A stretch of 64,000 nucleotides of DNA. Source: a virus. Its lineage: Duplodnaviria; Caudoviricetes. The first letter of the stretch is position 1. Every line of letters starts with the position of its first letter. The notes below the pieces were generated by a model. It saw only the letters and a list, made by a program, of their open reading frames with translations, made no database searches and was not told the origin of the DNA. A program made the translations under genes and the position numbers. Shown piece by piece: positions 34,273-44,157 of the stretch. The stretch lies in IMG/VR virus record IMGVR_UViG_3300044693_000261, positions 1 through 64,000 of that record; one strand, given 5' to 3'.

Positions 34273-35430
34273 ATGGCCCGTCTGCTGTTCAGCAAGCCTC
34301 GCGCCTACACCACCGCCACGCTGGGCGGCCTCGAACTCGTGCTGGAGACGCTGCGCTCGAACGGCCAGCTACCGGCGTGCGACGCGCTCGGCGAAGCCCT
34401 GGTGCCCCTGGTGGACGCCTCGGGCGCGCAGGGCGTGGCGGGTCTGCCGGAGGCGCTGGCGTGTGCCGGGCGGCCACCGCGCGCGGTGTCGGAGGCGTTG
34501 CGTCGCGATGAGCTGGAGATCGCCTTGCGCAACGCGTTTCGCGCGCTGCGCTGGGATGACCTGGTGCCGTGTCTGTCGGCGTGGTCGCCGTCAGGCGGTT
34601 CGGCGACAGACGGCGTCGAGCTGCGGCCGGCGGACGCGGTGGGTCGGCGCACGGTGCTGCTGCGGCTGGCGGAGCGCGTGGTCGACTTCGAGCGCGCCTG
34701 GGACGAGGTGGGCCAGCGGTGGGCGTTCGGTGTGCCGAAGCTGTCGGCGGCGACGGTGAGGGCGGCGGCGCGGACGTTGGCGTTGCCGGTCGGCGGTCAG
34801 GTGGCCGAGTCGACGGTGGCGGCGCAGACGGCGCGGTACGGCAACCGAATCGGTCGCCAGCTGGCGGTGACGCAGATGCCGTCGTGGCGTAGCGCCCTGG
34901 ACTGCGCTTACGTGCCGCGTTCGACGTTGCGCCAGATGATGTGCGTGATGGGCGTGGTGGCCGAGGCGGTGTCGTGCCAGGCGGATCCGGATCGTCCGGC
35001 GACGCTGCGGCAGGTTCACTTCCCGGTGGGTGCACCGGTGCCGCCGGATGCGTGGCACCCCTTCACGTGGTGGCCGGTGTTGAACGCGTGGGGCGCGCCG
35101 ACGAAGGCGGGCCAGTCGGAGGTGGCGACGGCGTGGCGGCTGCCGGCGGCGCAGATGGACGCCCTGGTGTGGGCGCTGTCATGGTCGACGGCGTGGGTGT
35201 TGGCTGCGGCGGCGACGCCGGAGGGCCGGTTGGAGCCGGAGGACTGGGAGGACCACGTCAAGGGCACGCTGACGTACGGCCGCCAGTTGGACATGGCGGG
35301 CGTGTGGGACCTGTACCAGTCGACTCGGGCGGTGCCGGCGCGGGTGCCGTGGCCGATGGGTGATTTCGGGCTGGTGGATTTCGCGGACGCGAGCACGCTG
35401 CCGTGGGCACTGGAGGATGAGGATGCCTGA
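34273..35430 (+). CDS. hypothetical protein
   Basis: Long ORF with G-rich third positions; start uncertain (34219 is possible). Confidence 0.65.
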   Translation: MARLLFSKPRAYTTATLGGLELVLETLRSNGQLPACDALGEALVPLVDASGAQGVAGLPEALACAGRPPRAVSEALRRDELEIALRNAFRALRWDDLVPCLSAWSPSGGSATDGVELRPADAVGRRTVLLRLAERVVDFERAWDEVGQRWAFGVPKLSAATVRAAARTLALPVGGQVAESTVAAQTARYGNRIGRQLAVTQMPSWRSALDCAYVPRSTLRQMMCVMGVVAEAVSCQADPDRPATLRQVHFPVGAPVPPDAWHPFTWWPVLNAWGAPTKAGQSEVATAWRLPAAQMDALVWALSWSTAWVLAAAATPEGRLEPEDWEDHVKGTLTYGRQLDMAGVWDLYQSTRAVPARVPWPMGDFGLVDFADASTLPWALEDEDA

Positions 35431-36496
35431 TCGCAGTCAGTATGAGCGTCCGGTGACGGTGAACGGCGAGGCTGTGCTGTCGCTGTTTCGTGAGCCGGGC
35501 GAGCCGCTGCGGGAGATGGACATCGCGCAGGGTCTGGCGATGCTGGTGGCGCAGGTGTATGGCGGCGCGGCAACGTGGCCGAGCTACGAGTATGCGGCGG
35601 ACGGCGAGCGGCTGACGTTGTCGGTTCAGGTGCACGCGCCGATGTTGCCGCCGGCTGTGGGCCGGGTGGCGTTCACGGTGGGGACCGCGCCGTCGGAGTT
35701 CGCCTCGGCGATGCCGCGCGAGTCGTGGGTGCTGGAGGTGGACGGCGAGCCGCAGGTGCCGGCGGTCGAGGTGATGACCTGCTGGGTGCATCCGCAGGAC
35801 GCGCAGCGTTCGCCGAGCTACCCGGCGGTGCGGCTGAATGGCGTGTGGTGGACCCGCACCGGGGCTGTTGGCACGTTCGTGCAGGTGTCGTGGCCGACGC
35901 TGGTGGAGGTCGCCGGCGGCGGCAGGCTGGCGACTGCGGAGCGCTGCCCGGTGGGCCTGCGCACACGTCCGGGCGATGGCTGGGTACGACAGTGCCTGCT
36001 GCCGCCGAGGCATGACTACCAACACGTGGTGGTCGCGGCGCGTCCTGACGTCGTGTTCGAGTACTTCTCCGACGATCTGCCCGGTGCGGTCAAGGACGTG
36101 CGGCGGGCCGAGGATCCTCGGGTGCTGTGGAGCCTGAAGGACGCCGGACCGGACGGCGAGGGGTTCGTGACGGGGGTGTTTCATACGGTCGACCCGGAGG
36201 CGAATTTCCGCTGGGTGTTCCGGGACTACGGCGGGTGGTGCCTGTTCGAGAAGCCGAAGACGGTGCGTCGGGTGGGCACCTGGCGGGCGCTGCACGGCCT
36301 GCTCGGCGACGGCGTGCTGGACCAGACGCGGCAGTGCGTGCGCGGCCTGCGGGTGTTGGGCGCGTTCGCCCGCACGGAGCGCTGCCTGCTGCCGGATGGC
36401 CACGGCGGTGATGTGCACGTGGTGCACAGCTTGGGCCGCACGCACGCGATCTTCCGCGACTCCGACGGCGACGTGGTGCCGGATGTGACCCGGTGA
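35423..36496 (+). CDS. hypothetical protein with repeated C-L-L-P-x-x-H motifs
   Basis: GGAGG RBS; QCLLPPRH..QHV and RCLLPDGHGGDVH. Confidence 0.65.
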   Translation: MPDRSQYERPVTVNGEAVLSLFREPGEPLREMDIAQGLAMLVAQVYGGAATWPSYEYAADGERLTLSVQVHAPMLPPAVGRVAFTVGTAPSEFASAMPRESWVLEVDGEPQVPAVEVMTCWVHPQDAQRSPSYPAVRLNGVWWTRTGAVGTFVQVSWPTLVEVAGGGRLATAERCPVGLRTRPGDGWVRQCLLPPRHDYQHVVVAARPDVVFEYFSDDLPGAVKDVRRAEDPRVLWSLKDAGPDGEGFVTGVFHTVDPEANFRWVFRDYGGWCLFEKPKTVRRVGTWRALHGLLGDGVLDQTRQCVRGLRVLGAFARTERCLLPDGHGGDVHVVHSLGRTHAIFRDSDGDVVPDVTR

Positions 36497-36885
36497 CGGG
36501 CCCGCGTCTGTGGCTGGCCGAGTCGCGCCCGGCCGAGCCGGCGGGGTTCGTGCGCGCGTTCGTGGAGACCTCCGACGCGGCCTCGCCGATGAGAGACGCG
36601 GTGGTGGTGTCGTTCGGCGACGGCAGCTGGATCTTCCTGGACGCCGACGGCCGTCCGGGAACGACGAACTGGGTGACGCTGCTGAGCCTGGTCGACGCGG
36701 TGGTGGAGTTCTCGCCGGATGTGCACTGCACGGCGGCCTGGGCGGGTCCTGACGACTGGTCGTGGATGCCCGAGGGCGAGCGTCCGTTCCGCTGCGTGTG
36801 GCCGTCACCGCATCCGGGCCCGCACCTGATCCGGGGCCTGATCTGGCTGCCGGGCTCCGAGGGTGAGGTGACGATCGATGCGTGA
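36493..36885 (+). CDS. hypothetical protein
   Basis: GTGA overlap; RCVWPSPHPGPH. Confidence 0.6.
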   Translation: MTGPRLWLAESRPAEPAGFVRAFVETSDAASPMRDAVVVSFGDGSWIFLDADGRPGTTNWVTLLSLVDAVVEFSPDVHCTAAWAGPDDWSWMPEGERPFRCVWPSPHPGPHLIRGLIWLPGSEGEVTIDA

Positions 36886-37192
36886 CTGGACGCCGACGCC
36901 GTTGGACACGCCGCCGGCAGGCGGCACTCCGGTGCCCGAGCCGGAGGACGGCGTGATCAAGGTGCGGCTGCGCAGTGGCGTGGTGCGTACGCACGTGGGC
37001 AGCGTCGTGGTGTGCGGTGAGGTGGTGATGGTGACCGAGGTGAACGCCGTGAACTACCGCCACGACGACGGTCAGGTGTCGTTCGAGATGATCGCCAAGC
37101 GGCGGATGCACTATCCGCTGCGCGCCGTGGAGTCGATCGAGGAGTTGGTGCCGGTCGACGGCCAGGTCACCAGGCAGGTGCATCGTGCGTGA
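36878..37192 (+). CDS. hypothetical protein
   Basis: GAGG RBS, coupled. Confidence 0.6.
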   Translation: MRDWTPTPLDTPPAGGTPVPEPEDGVIKVRLRSGVVRTHVGSVVVCGEVVMVTEVNAVNYRHDDGQVSFEMIAKRRMHYPLRAVESIEELVPVDGQVTRQVHRA

Positions 37193-39461
37193 TGACGTCG
37201 AGTTGGCGACTGCGCGGCACGCGGTGTGCGCGCTGCTGGTGCGCTGCGTGGAGATCGAGCTGTTCAAGGGCCCGGACCGGGTGATCATGTCGCCGCTGGC
37301 CGAGCTGGTGCGGGCGGGGGTGGCGTTGTCGGTGCCGCAGTTGCGGCAGGTGTGGCGGACGCTGGACCGGTACAGGAACGCGCCGTCGTTTCCGTCGGAG
37401 CCGCCGCTGCCGCAGGGTCGCCCGTCTGTGCCGTTGCCGCCCGCGCCGGCGGCCTCGTCGGCCAAGCCGGTGGTGGAGCTGAAGCTGCGCCCGGACGGCC
37501 GTATCGGGGTGACTGCTCCGTTCGCGTTCAAGGACCGGCTGAAGTCGATCACCGGTGCGGAGTGGGACAAGCGACGCAACCAGTGGCACTTTCCGCCGTC
37601 ACCGACCTCGGCGGCGGCGCTGGCGGCGCTGTTTTCCGGTGTCGGCGTGGTGGTGTCGCCGAGCGTGGCGGCGCTGATCGAGCAGGGCGGTCAGGCGAGC
37701 CTGGCCCGGCAGGTGCTGGATCCGGACGCACCGGTGCCGGATCTGCCGTGGTCGGCGTGGTGCCGGGTGGTGCTGGGCGACGGCACGATCGGCTCGCCGT
37801 GGGAGCATCAGCGGCGCGGTGTGGTGTTCTGCTCGGAGTCGCCGGCCTCGCTGCTGAACGTGCGGATGGGCGGCGGCAAGACGCTGACGGCCATCGGCGC
37901 GTTGAACCGGGCGGGGGCGCGGACGGCGATCATCGTGTGCCCGAGCAAGGTTCTCGGTATCTGGCCGGCGGAGTTCCGGGAGCGTTCGCCGATCGAGTGG
38001 CACATCGTCTCGGGGCTGCGCCGGATGTCGACGGGCAGGTTGCGGGCCATGTCGATCGCGGACCGGTTCACCCAGGCCGAACAGACGCTGTTCGACTGCC
38101 GGTGCGGCAAGCCGCACGTGGTGGTGGTCAACTACGAGGCGCTGACCTACGAGCCGTTCGCCAGCTGGCGGCCGCAGGTGGACGCGATCATCTACGACGA
38201 GGGCCACCGGCTGCGCACGCCGTCGGGCAAGGCCAGCAAGACGGCGGCGAAGTGGTCGCAGGGCATTCCACGCCGTATGGCGTTGACGGGCACCGCGATG
38301 CCGCAGACGCCACTGGACGTGTTTGGCCTGTTCCGGGCGCTGGATCCGGGGATCTTCGGCACGTCGTGGACGTCGTTCCGGGCTCGCTACGCGGTGATGG
38401 GCGGGTACGAGGGCCGGCAGGTGGTGGGGCTGCGCAACGCCGAGGACCTGGCCGCGAAGTTTATGAGCATCACCTACCGCCCGGACGTCGAGCTGGACTT
38501 GCCGCCGTGCGTGGACACGACGCTGACGGTCGAGCTGGAGCCGGCGGCGCGCAAGGCGTATGACGCGCTGGAGCGCGATGTGTGGGCGGACATCTCGGCG
38601 GCGGTCCGGGCCGCCGGTGGTCCGGTCACGCCGGACGGGGCTGAGCGCACCGTGTCGCCGGCGAACGCGGCCGTGCTGCTGTTGCGGCTGCAACAGCTGG
38701 CGGGCGGCGCGCTGCCCGACGACTACGGCGACACGGCGGTGGTGAGCCGGGCGAAGGAGAACCTGCTCGCCGAGGCGCTGGAGGACGCCGGCTGTGGGCC
38801 GGATGAGCCGGTGGTGGTGTACTGCCGCTTTCGGCACGACCTGGACGCGGTGGCGCAGGTCGCCGAGCGGCTGAAGCTGCGTTACGCCGAGGTGTCGGGC
38901 CGGCGGTCGGACGGGCTGACCGAGGACAGCACGATGAACCCAGACGCCGACGTGGTGGGCGTGCAGATCCAGTCGGGCGGCACGGGCGTGAACCTGACGC
39001 GCAGCGCGGTCGGCGTCTGGTATTCGATGGGCTTCAGCCTCTCGGACTACCTTCAAGGCCGGGCGCGCCAGCATCGTCCGGGCCAGACGCGACCGGTGCT
39101 CAACATCCACCTGATCGCGGCCGACACCGTCGACGCCGAGGTGTATGACGCGCTGGCGGCGCGGGCGGACGTGATCGCGGCGGTGTTGGCCACGCGTGGC
39201 CTCAAGCCGGACGCGTTCGACTCGAACGTCGGCGTGCGCGAGCTGGAGGAGATGGGCGAGGTTCGGGGTGAGGCGGCCGAGTTGCCGGCGCAGATCCTGG
39301 AGGTGTTGGGGCGCGGGCGGCTGTCGTCGGCGAGTGTGGGCGCGCCGTCGACGGGCTCGGGTCGGTTGTCGGGGGCGCGGGCGGCGCGGTCCACGGTGGC
39401 CTCGATCGAGAAGGAGTCGCTGGCCGAGGTGGCGGCGCGGTTCGACCTGTCGGACTTCTGA
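37185..39461 (+). CDS. SNF2-family DEAD/H helicase with a HARP-like N-terminal domain
   Basis: MGGGKT, IVCP, VVNYE, IYDEGH, LTGT, GGTGVNLT, QGRARQHRPGQTRPV; LKSITGAEWD....WHFP. Confidence 0.92.
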   Translation: MRDDVELATARHAVCALLVRCVEIELFKGPDRVIMSPLAELVRAGVALSVPQLRQVWRTLDRYRNAPSFPSEPPLPQGRPSVPLPPAPAASSAKPVVELKLRPDGRIGVTAPFAFKDRLKSITGAEWDKRRNQWHFPPSPTSAAALAALFSGVGVVVSPSVAALIEQGGQASLARQVLDPDAPVPDLPWSAWCRVVLGDGTIGSPWEHQRRGVVFCSESPASLLNVRMGGGKTLTAIGALNRAGARTAIIVCPSKVLGIWPAEFRERSPIEWHIVSGLRRMSTGRLRAMSIADRFTQAEQTLFDCRCGKPHVVVVNYEALTYEPFASWRPQVDAIIYDEGHRLRTPSGKASKTAAKWSQGIPRRMALTGTAMPQTPLDVFGLFRALDPGIFGTSWTSFRARYAVMGGYEGRQVVGLRNAEDLAAKFMSITYRPDVELDLPPCVDTTLTVELEPAARKAYDALERDVWADISAAVRAAGGPVTPDGAERTVSPANAAVLLLRLQQLAGGALPDDYGDTAVVSRAKENLLAEALEDAGCGPDEPVVVYCRFRHDLDAVAQVAERLKLRYAEVSGRRSDGLTEDSTMNPDADVVGVQIQSGGTGVNLTRSAVGVWYSMGFSLSDYLQGRARQHRPGQTRPVLNIHLIAADTVDAEVYDALAARADVIAAVLATRGLKPDAFDSNVGVRELEEMGEVRGEAAELPAQILEVLGRGRLSSASVGAPSTGSGRLSGARAARSTVASIEKESLAEVAARFDLSDF

Positions 39462-39566
39462 GACACCGGCTACCCTATAAGTGTTCCGCGAGAGGGGCCG
39501 CGCCGTCGGACGCGGCTCTGCCTGACATGATCAACGCCACCGACTCAAGTTACTGGGGAGTAGCCC

Positions 39567-39848
39567 ATGCCGTTGCCCTATCGCCCACACCTCGCGCCGC
39601 CGGCCGACGCGCCGCAGGTCGCCGAGCAGCTGCGCCAGATCCTGGAGTCGCAGCCGCTGACCTACGCCGCCGGTCGCACGCACTACACGGCCACCGGTGC
39701 GGAGAGCTACCCGCCGCCCGAGGGCGACCTGGAGCCGCACCGACTGGTGATGCAGGTGGTCGAGGTGGACGAGAACGACCGCGAGCACGTGGTGTCGCGG
39801 TGGCTGGTGACGGTCGAGCCGTTACCGCTGTCAAGGACCGTTTCGTGA
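39567..39848 (+). CDS. hypothetical protein
   Basis: GGGGAG RBS; promoter motif upstream. Confidence 0.55.
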   Translation: MPLPYRPHLAPPADAPQVAEQLRQILESQPLTYAAGRTHYTATGAESYPPPEGDLEPHRLVMQVVEVDENDREHVVSRWLVTVEPLPLSRTVS

Positions 39849-40019
39849 ACGGAGGGAGCGTTACGTGAAACCCATCATCGGATGTCTGGCCGTGCTGGCC
39901 GCGTTCATCGTGATGGCGGTCGCCTACCGGCCGATACTGCTCGGGCTGGTGCCGCTGGTCATCGTGGTGATGGTGCACGTGTTCGGCCGTACGCCGCGCC
40001 AGCGCCGCAGGGACTGGAC

Positions 40020-40355
40020 GTGACAGGCATCGACTGGTCGAAGGTCGGCCCGAAGCTGTGCCCGACCGACGGCTGCGAGCACCGCATCGAGCTGGCGTTC
40101 ACGCCGGCGCACCCGTGGTCGCTGGACTGCGAGCGCGGTAGGTGGTGGCGCGGCTGCCTGGCGGCGGCCGCGCCGCGCGAGCCGGGACGCCAGCGCTGCG
40201 AGTGCCCCGGCTGCCAGCCGATGGCCGACGTGAAGTTGAACCTGCGGCTGACGCGCAAGCGGTGCCGTTGCGACCCGCAGCGCATCGCCGCCGAGCTGGC
40301 CGCACGAACCGAGGAGGTGGGCGACGGTGCTGTGGACGAGGCCGCCGAGCTGTAG
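40020..40355 (+). CDS. Cys-rich hypothetical protein
   Basis: GTGA overlap; multiple Cys pairs. Confidence 0.5.
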   Translation: MTGIDWSKVGPKLCPTDGCEHRIELAFTPAHPWSLDCERGRWWRGCLAAAAPREPGRQRCECPGCQPMADVKLNLRLTRKRCRCDPQRIAAELAARTEEVGDGAVDEAAEL

Positions 40356-40596
40356 ACCGTACTGCTGTGGCGCGAACGACAACGGGCCGCCGTTCGCGCT
40401 GTGGTTCTGGCACGACGGCGTCGACCCGGTCTGGCTGTGTCAGCCGCACCTAAACATCTGGCTGGATCTGGCCGACGAGGGCGAGATCGGCGAGCCGCTG
40501 CGACTGGAGTTCGTACGGCCGCCGACGCTGACCGAGGTCGCCGAGGTGATCGAGCGCGAGTACGGCGCGGCGTTGCGGGTGCTCGGTGAGGCTTGA
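40327..40596 (+). CDS. hypothetical protein
   Basis: GAGGAGG RBS; CRPYC...LCQPH. Confidence 0.55.
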   Translation: MLWTRPPSCRPYCCGANDNGPPFALWFWHDGVDPVWLCQPHLNIWLDLADEGEIGEPLRLEFVRPPTLTEVAEVIEREYGAALRVLGEA

Positions 40597-40653
40597 CCCA
40601 ACCTTACGTTGACGGCTATCCTCGCTGTGTTCCGGTGACGAGAGGATGAGGAC

Positions 40654-41382
40654 ATGCGCAAGGAGCATCTGGTCGCGGCCCGCGTGTACGCCAACGCGGC
40701 GCGCGCCACCGACACGGGCGACGTGGTCGTGCTGGTCTCGCCCACGATGGTGCGCCGCAGCGTGCCGTCGATGGGCAGCGGCGACGGCTGGGGTGAGCTG
40801 AGCAAGGCCCGCCCCGGCGAGAGGCCGGGCCAGCAGCGGGCCACCGGCTGGGGTAAGCCGCTGCTGGCCGAGGTCGGCTACCTGGCGGTGAAGATCACCG
40901 ACAAGCAGGAGCGCGACCAGCTGATCAACGGCGTCGACGACAACGGTCAGCCGACCAACGCCGGCGCGTCGCTGGTGATGGGCTGGGCGCTGGTGTGGGC
41001 CGAGCAGGTCGCCGGCAAGAACCTGAACGCGCGGGTGACCGAGGGCCACAACCACCGCTACGCGCTGGTGATCGCCGAGGCGCGCACGCTGCGGCCGCTG
41101 CGCGAGCACCGGCGGGCCCTCGTCGAGGCCCGCAAGGACGCCGAGCAGCGCGCGGAGGCCAACCGTCAGCGAAGCGATGAGCTGTTCGTGCTGCGTGAGC
41201 AGGCTTCTCGTCAGCTGGCGGCGATGAATCTGTCGCTGGACGACCTGGAGGACGACGGCATCGCCGAGCACTACCGCCTGGTTCCGGTGCCGGTGACGCT
41301 GCTGGCCAAGCTGGCGCAGATGGCGCACTCGTTCCACCTGATCCCGGAGGGCGCGGAACTCATCTACCCCGGTGGCGACTGA
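40654..41382 (+). CDS. hypothetical protein
   Basis: Full promoter motif and RBS; hairpin 41400-41431 downstream. Confidence 0.7.
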   Translation: MRKEHLVAARVYANAARATDTGDVVVLVSPTMVRRSVPSMGSGDGWGELSKARPGERPGQQRATGWGKPLLAEVGYLAVKITDKQERDQLINGVDDNGQPTNAGASLVMGWALVWAEQVAGKNLNARVTEGHNHRYALVIAEARTLRPLREHRRALVEARKDAEQRAEANRQRSDELFVLREQASRQLAAMNLSLDDLEDDGIAEHYRLVPVPVTLLAKLAQMAHSFHLIPEGAELIYPGGD

Positions 41383-41458
41383 TCTGGCGACAACCCAGCG
41401 ACAACCCCCGGTCATCCGATCGGGGGTTGTCCTGTTTGTGACCACTTTCTGGCTTGTC

Positions 41459-41495
41459 GTGTCCTAGGACACCCGGTTATGCTGATGACGTTCCG
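41459..41495 (+). promoter_or_regulatory. promoter with a perfect GTGTCCTAGGACAC palindrome in the -35/-10 spacer
   Basis: ttgtcGTGTCCTAGGACACccggtTATGCTgatgacGTTCCG. Confidence 0.7.
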
Positions 41496-41514
41496 ACGAC
41501 GATTGGGGTAAACC

Positions 41515-41709
41515 ATGGGTCACCACAAGACGCGCGGTGAGGGTGCGCCGTCGCGGGCCAAGCCGCTCGGCCAGCGCAGCGAGATGTTCGGCAAGAAGGC
41601 CAACCCGCAGGTCGCCGACAACGATCTGGCGGAGCCCGGTGTCGTCGAGGAGCTGCTGCGTGAGGGCAACGACACCGAGAAGCACCCGTACAAGCCGAGC
41701 GACGGCTGA
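41515..41709 (+). CDS. small hypothetical protein
   Basis: First ORF after the promoter. Confidence 0.5.
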   Translation: MGHHKTRGEGAPSRAKPLGQRSEMFGKKANPQVADNDLAEPGVVEELLREGNDTEKHPYKPSDG

Positions 41710-41728
41710 CCGGAGAGGAGTGATCACG

Positions 41729-41983
41729 ATGGACTGGAGACATCGCGCGGCCTGCCGCGACGAGGACCCCGAGCTGTTCTTTCCCGTGGGCAACTCCGGC
41801 CCGGCGCTGCTCCAGATCGCCGAGGCCAAGACGGTTTGTCGCCGGTGTCCGGTGGTATCCCGCTGCCTCACCGAGGCCATCGAGTGCGGAGACGACGCCG
41901 GCGTGTGGGGCGGCATGAGCGAGGACGAGAGGCGCGCGCTGAAGCGGCGCAATGCCCGGACGAGGGCCCGCAGCAATGCCTAA
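41729..41983 (+). CDS. whiB: WhiB-family Fe-S transcription factor, WhiB1/WblE-like
   Basis: MDWRHRAACRDEDPELFFPVGNSGPA...CRRCPV...C...GVWGGMSEDERRALKRR. Confidence 0.95.
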   Translation: MDWRHRAACRDEDPELFFPVGNSGPALLQIAEAKTVCRRCPVVSRCLTEAIECGDDAGVWGGMSEDERRALKRRNARTRARSNA

Positions 41984-42369
41984 GGGCAGCAAGTCCTCGG
42001 ACAGCGGCTCCTCAGCTTCGCCGAAGCAGCCGAAGCAGTCGAAGTCGCCGTGCGACCCGGTGTGCAGGGGGCCGTGGAAAAGCACCGACAACCGCGACCC
42101 GTACACCGGCAAGTTGGTGTATCCGATGAAGAAATGCACCATCTGCGGCACGGAGTCCTGACCTCGGCGCACCGCGCCGCGATGGGCCTGGCACACTGGT
42201 CGGGCGTTCTCACTGCTTGACCCAGCTCACCCCACGGCCCCGCCGGCCCCCTCCATCCGTCCGGCGGGGCCGTGGCATGTCCGGGTTCGGATTGCTCCTT
42301 GACCCACATCTGCGGCGCTGGGTATGCTCGACGTGTTCCGGCAAGACATCCCCGAGAGAGGGTCGACCC

Positions 42370-43089
42370 ATGCGGACGCAAGACCTCAAGCCCGGCACGG
42401 CGTACCTGTACCGCGAGAACGGCCGTGGCCCTGGCGTCATGGTGTACGCGATCGACAACAGGCCGTGGCGGCAGCGCCAGCGCGGCTACTCGGGCGAGAA
42501 CCCGACCTTGCGCACCCTGTCGCTGACCGATGACGACAGCGGGCAGCAGTTCCGGGGCGCGCCGGTGCTGATGATCGACAAGTTCGAACCCGAGTTCGAG
42601 CTGCCCGAGCAGCTGCTGGCCCAGCGCGCCGACATCATCGCCGGCGCGGTGCGGGTCAAGGGTGTCTACCGGATCCAGCTGCGGGAGGTGCCCAACCCGA
42701 ATCCGGGTGTCCGCACGCGCATCGAGGTGCCCGAGGCCATCTGGGAGCGCGCCGGCCTCGGCGACGGCCCGGTCCGCCACCGCGTGACCGTGCACGTGGT
42801 CAACCCCCGGTGGATCGTCGGCCCGTGGTCGGAGCACGTGGAGTCCCACCGTCGCAACGCCGAGCGGACGGAACGACACCTCGCCGAGGAGCGGGAGCGG
42901 GCTCGCGCTCAGCACGACCGGATGGGTCAGATCGCGGCGCTGGGGCGGTTCGTGAACGTCGACCTGACGCTCCGGTCCCTGTCCACCTTCGACGACACGG
43001 TCATCGTCAGCTCGGCCGACCTGCTGACGGTGCTTCAGCGCCTGCACGCCGCGCGCAGCACCCTGACTCACCCGGGGGACGCGCTCTGA
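42370..43089 (+). CDS. hypothetical protein
   Basis: Full promoter motif and GAGAGGG RBS. Confidence 0.7.
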   Translation: MRTQDLKPGTAYLYRENGRGPGVMVYAIDNRPWRQRQRGYSGENPTLRTLSLTDDDSGQQFRGAPVLMIDKFEPEFELPEQLLAQRADIIAGAVRVKGVYRIQLREVPNPNPGVRTRIEVPEAIWERAGLGDGPVRHRVTVHVVNPRWIVGPWSEHVESHRRNAERTERHLAEERERARAQHDRMGQIAALGRFVNVDLTLRSLSTFDDTVIVSSADLLTVLQRLHAARSTLTHPGDAL

Positions 43090-43529
43090 TGGGCTGGTGG
43101 AGCGGTACGCCGAGCATCACCGGTATCGACCCGGATGACCTGATCACCGCCGCGCACGAGCTGGGCCACGCGGTGTGCGCCTACGCGCACGGCGTGGGCG
43201 TCACCTCGATCACCCTGGGGCTGACCACGCTGGACCTGCCCGACGACGACGACGAGTTCACGCCGCAGCACTGGCGCGCCTACCTGGTGGGCTGCATGGC
43301 CGGCTACGAGGCCGAGGTGCTGTGGGCCCGCCGGGTCGGCGGCACGGCCGACAAGAGGCAGTCGGGTCTGGACATGCGCAACTTCCGGACCTACCGCAGG
43401 CGTGGCCGGATCGACATCACCGAGGGGCAGGCCCGCCGTGCGGCGCGGGTGGCCGTGAAAAGGAACTGGGGCCGGATCCGGCGTCTCGCGCCGGTGCTGG
43501 CGATCGAGGGGTCCATCGCCCCGTGGTGA
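43089..43529 (+). CDS. HExxH metallopeptidase-like protein (stand-alone M41-like domain)
   Basis: TAAHELGHAV...MAGYEAE...SGLD. Confidence 0.7.
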   Translation: MGWWSGTPSITGIDPDDLITAAHELGHAVCAYAHGVGVTSITLGLTTLDLPDDDDEFTPQHWRAYLVGCMAGYEAEVLWARRVGGTADKRQSGLDMRNFRTYRRRGRIDITEGQARRAARVAVKRNWGRIRRLAPVLAIEGSIAPW

Positions 43530-43551
43530 TCGAAAGGAGCATTCTCCGCTG

Positions 43552-44157
43552 ATGAGCGAATCCCGCGTGCGCAGCATGACCGCGATCGAGCTGGTGGCGG
43601 CCGCTGAGGAGGCGGCGCGCCGCCGGGTGACCGCGCCGGACCGGGTGCCCGAGTGGGTGTCCGAGGGCGCGGGCGCGCCGCCGCCGGTGATGCCGATGCG
43701 CTACATCGAGGCCACCAAGCGGGTCGCCACCGCGCTGTTCGACGGCGACCTGGCGCGCACCCTCTACGACGACTTCTGGACGCTGGCCGACGAGGTGGGC
43801 CGCGACTTGACGCGGGTCGCCGGCGAGAGCCTGCGCAGCAGCCTGAACCTCGCCGAGTGCGAGAACTGCGGCGGCGAGCACGCGTTGGTGGCGCTGACGG
43901 TCCAGACCAACGTCGGTATTCCGGCGCAGGTCGCGCCGGGCATGCGCACCGCGATCACCTGCTCGGTGCTGCTGGCCTGCGAGGTGCCCGAGACGCGGCA
44001 CCCGATGTTCGCCGGCGAGCGCGGCAGCACCCAGAACCTGACCGGCCTGTGCGCGCTGGCGTGGATCCGCGCGCTGGCCGTGTGCGACGCCCTGCGCGTG
44101 CAGGTCGTCTCGCCCGACGAAATGATCCGCAAGCTGAACGGAGACGACGACCAGTGA
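43552..44157 (+). CDS. hypothetical protein
   Basis: AAGGAG RBS; CENC. Confidence 0.65.
   Translation: MSESRVRSMTAIELVAAAEEAARRRVTAPDRVPEWVSEGAGAPPPVMPMRYIEATKRVATALFDGDLARTLYDDFWTLADEVGRDLTRVAGESLRSSLNLAECENCGGEHALVALTVQTNVGIPAQVAPGMRTAITCSVLLACEVPETRHPMFAGERGSTQNLTGLCALAWIRALAVCDALRVQVVSPDEMIRKLNGDDDQ

Noticed and set aside
35258-39110. Long antisense ORFs (35258-37579, 37599-39110; likewise 1931-3349, 15703-17538, 27263-28942)
   Set aside because: These are shadow frames of high-GC genes, Arg/Pro/Ala-rich, with no motifs or RBS.
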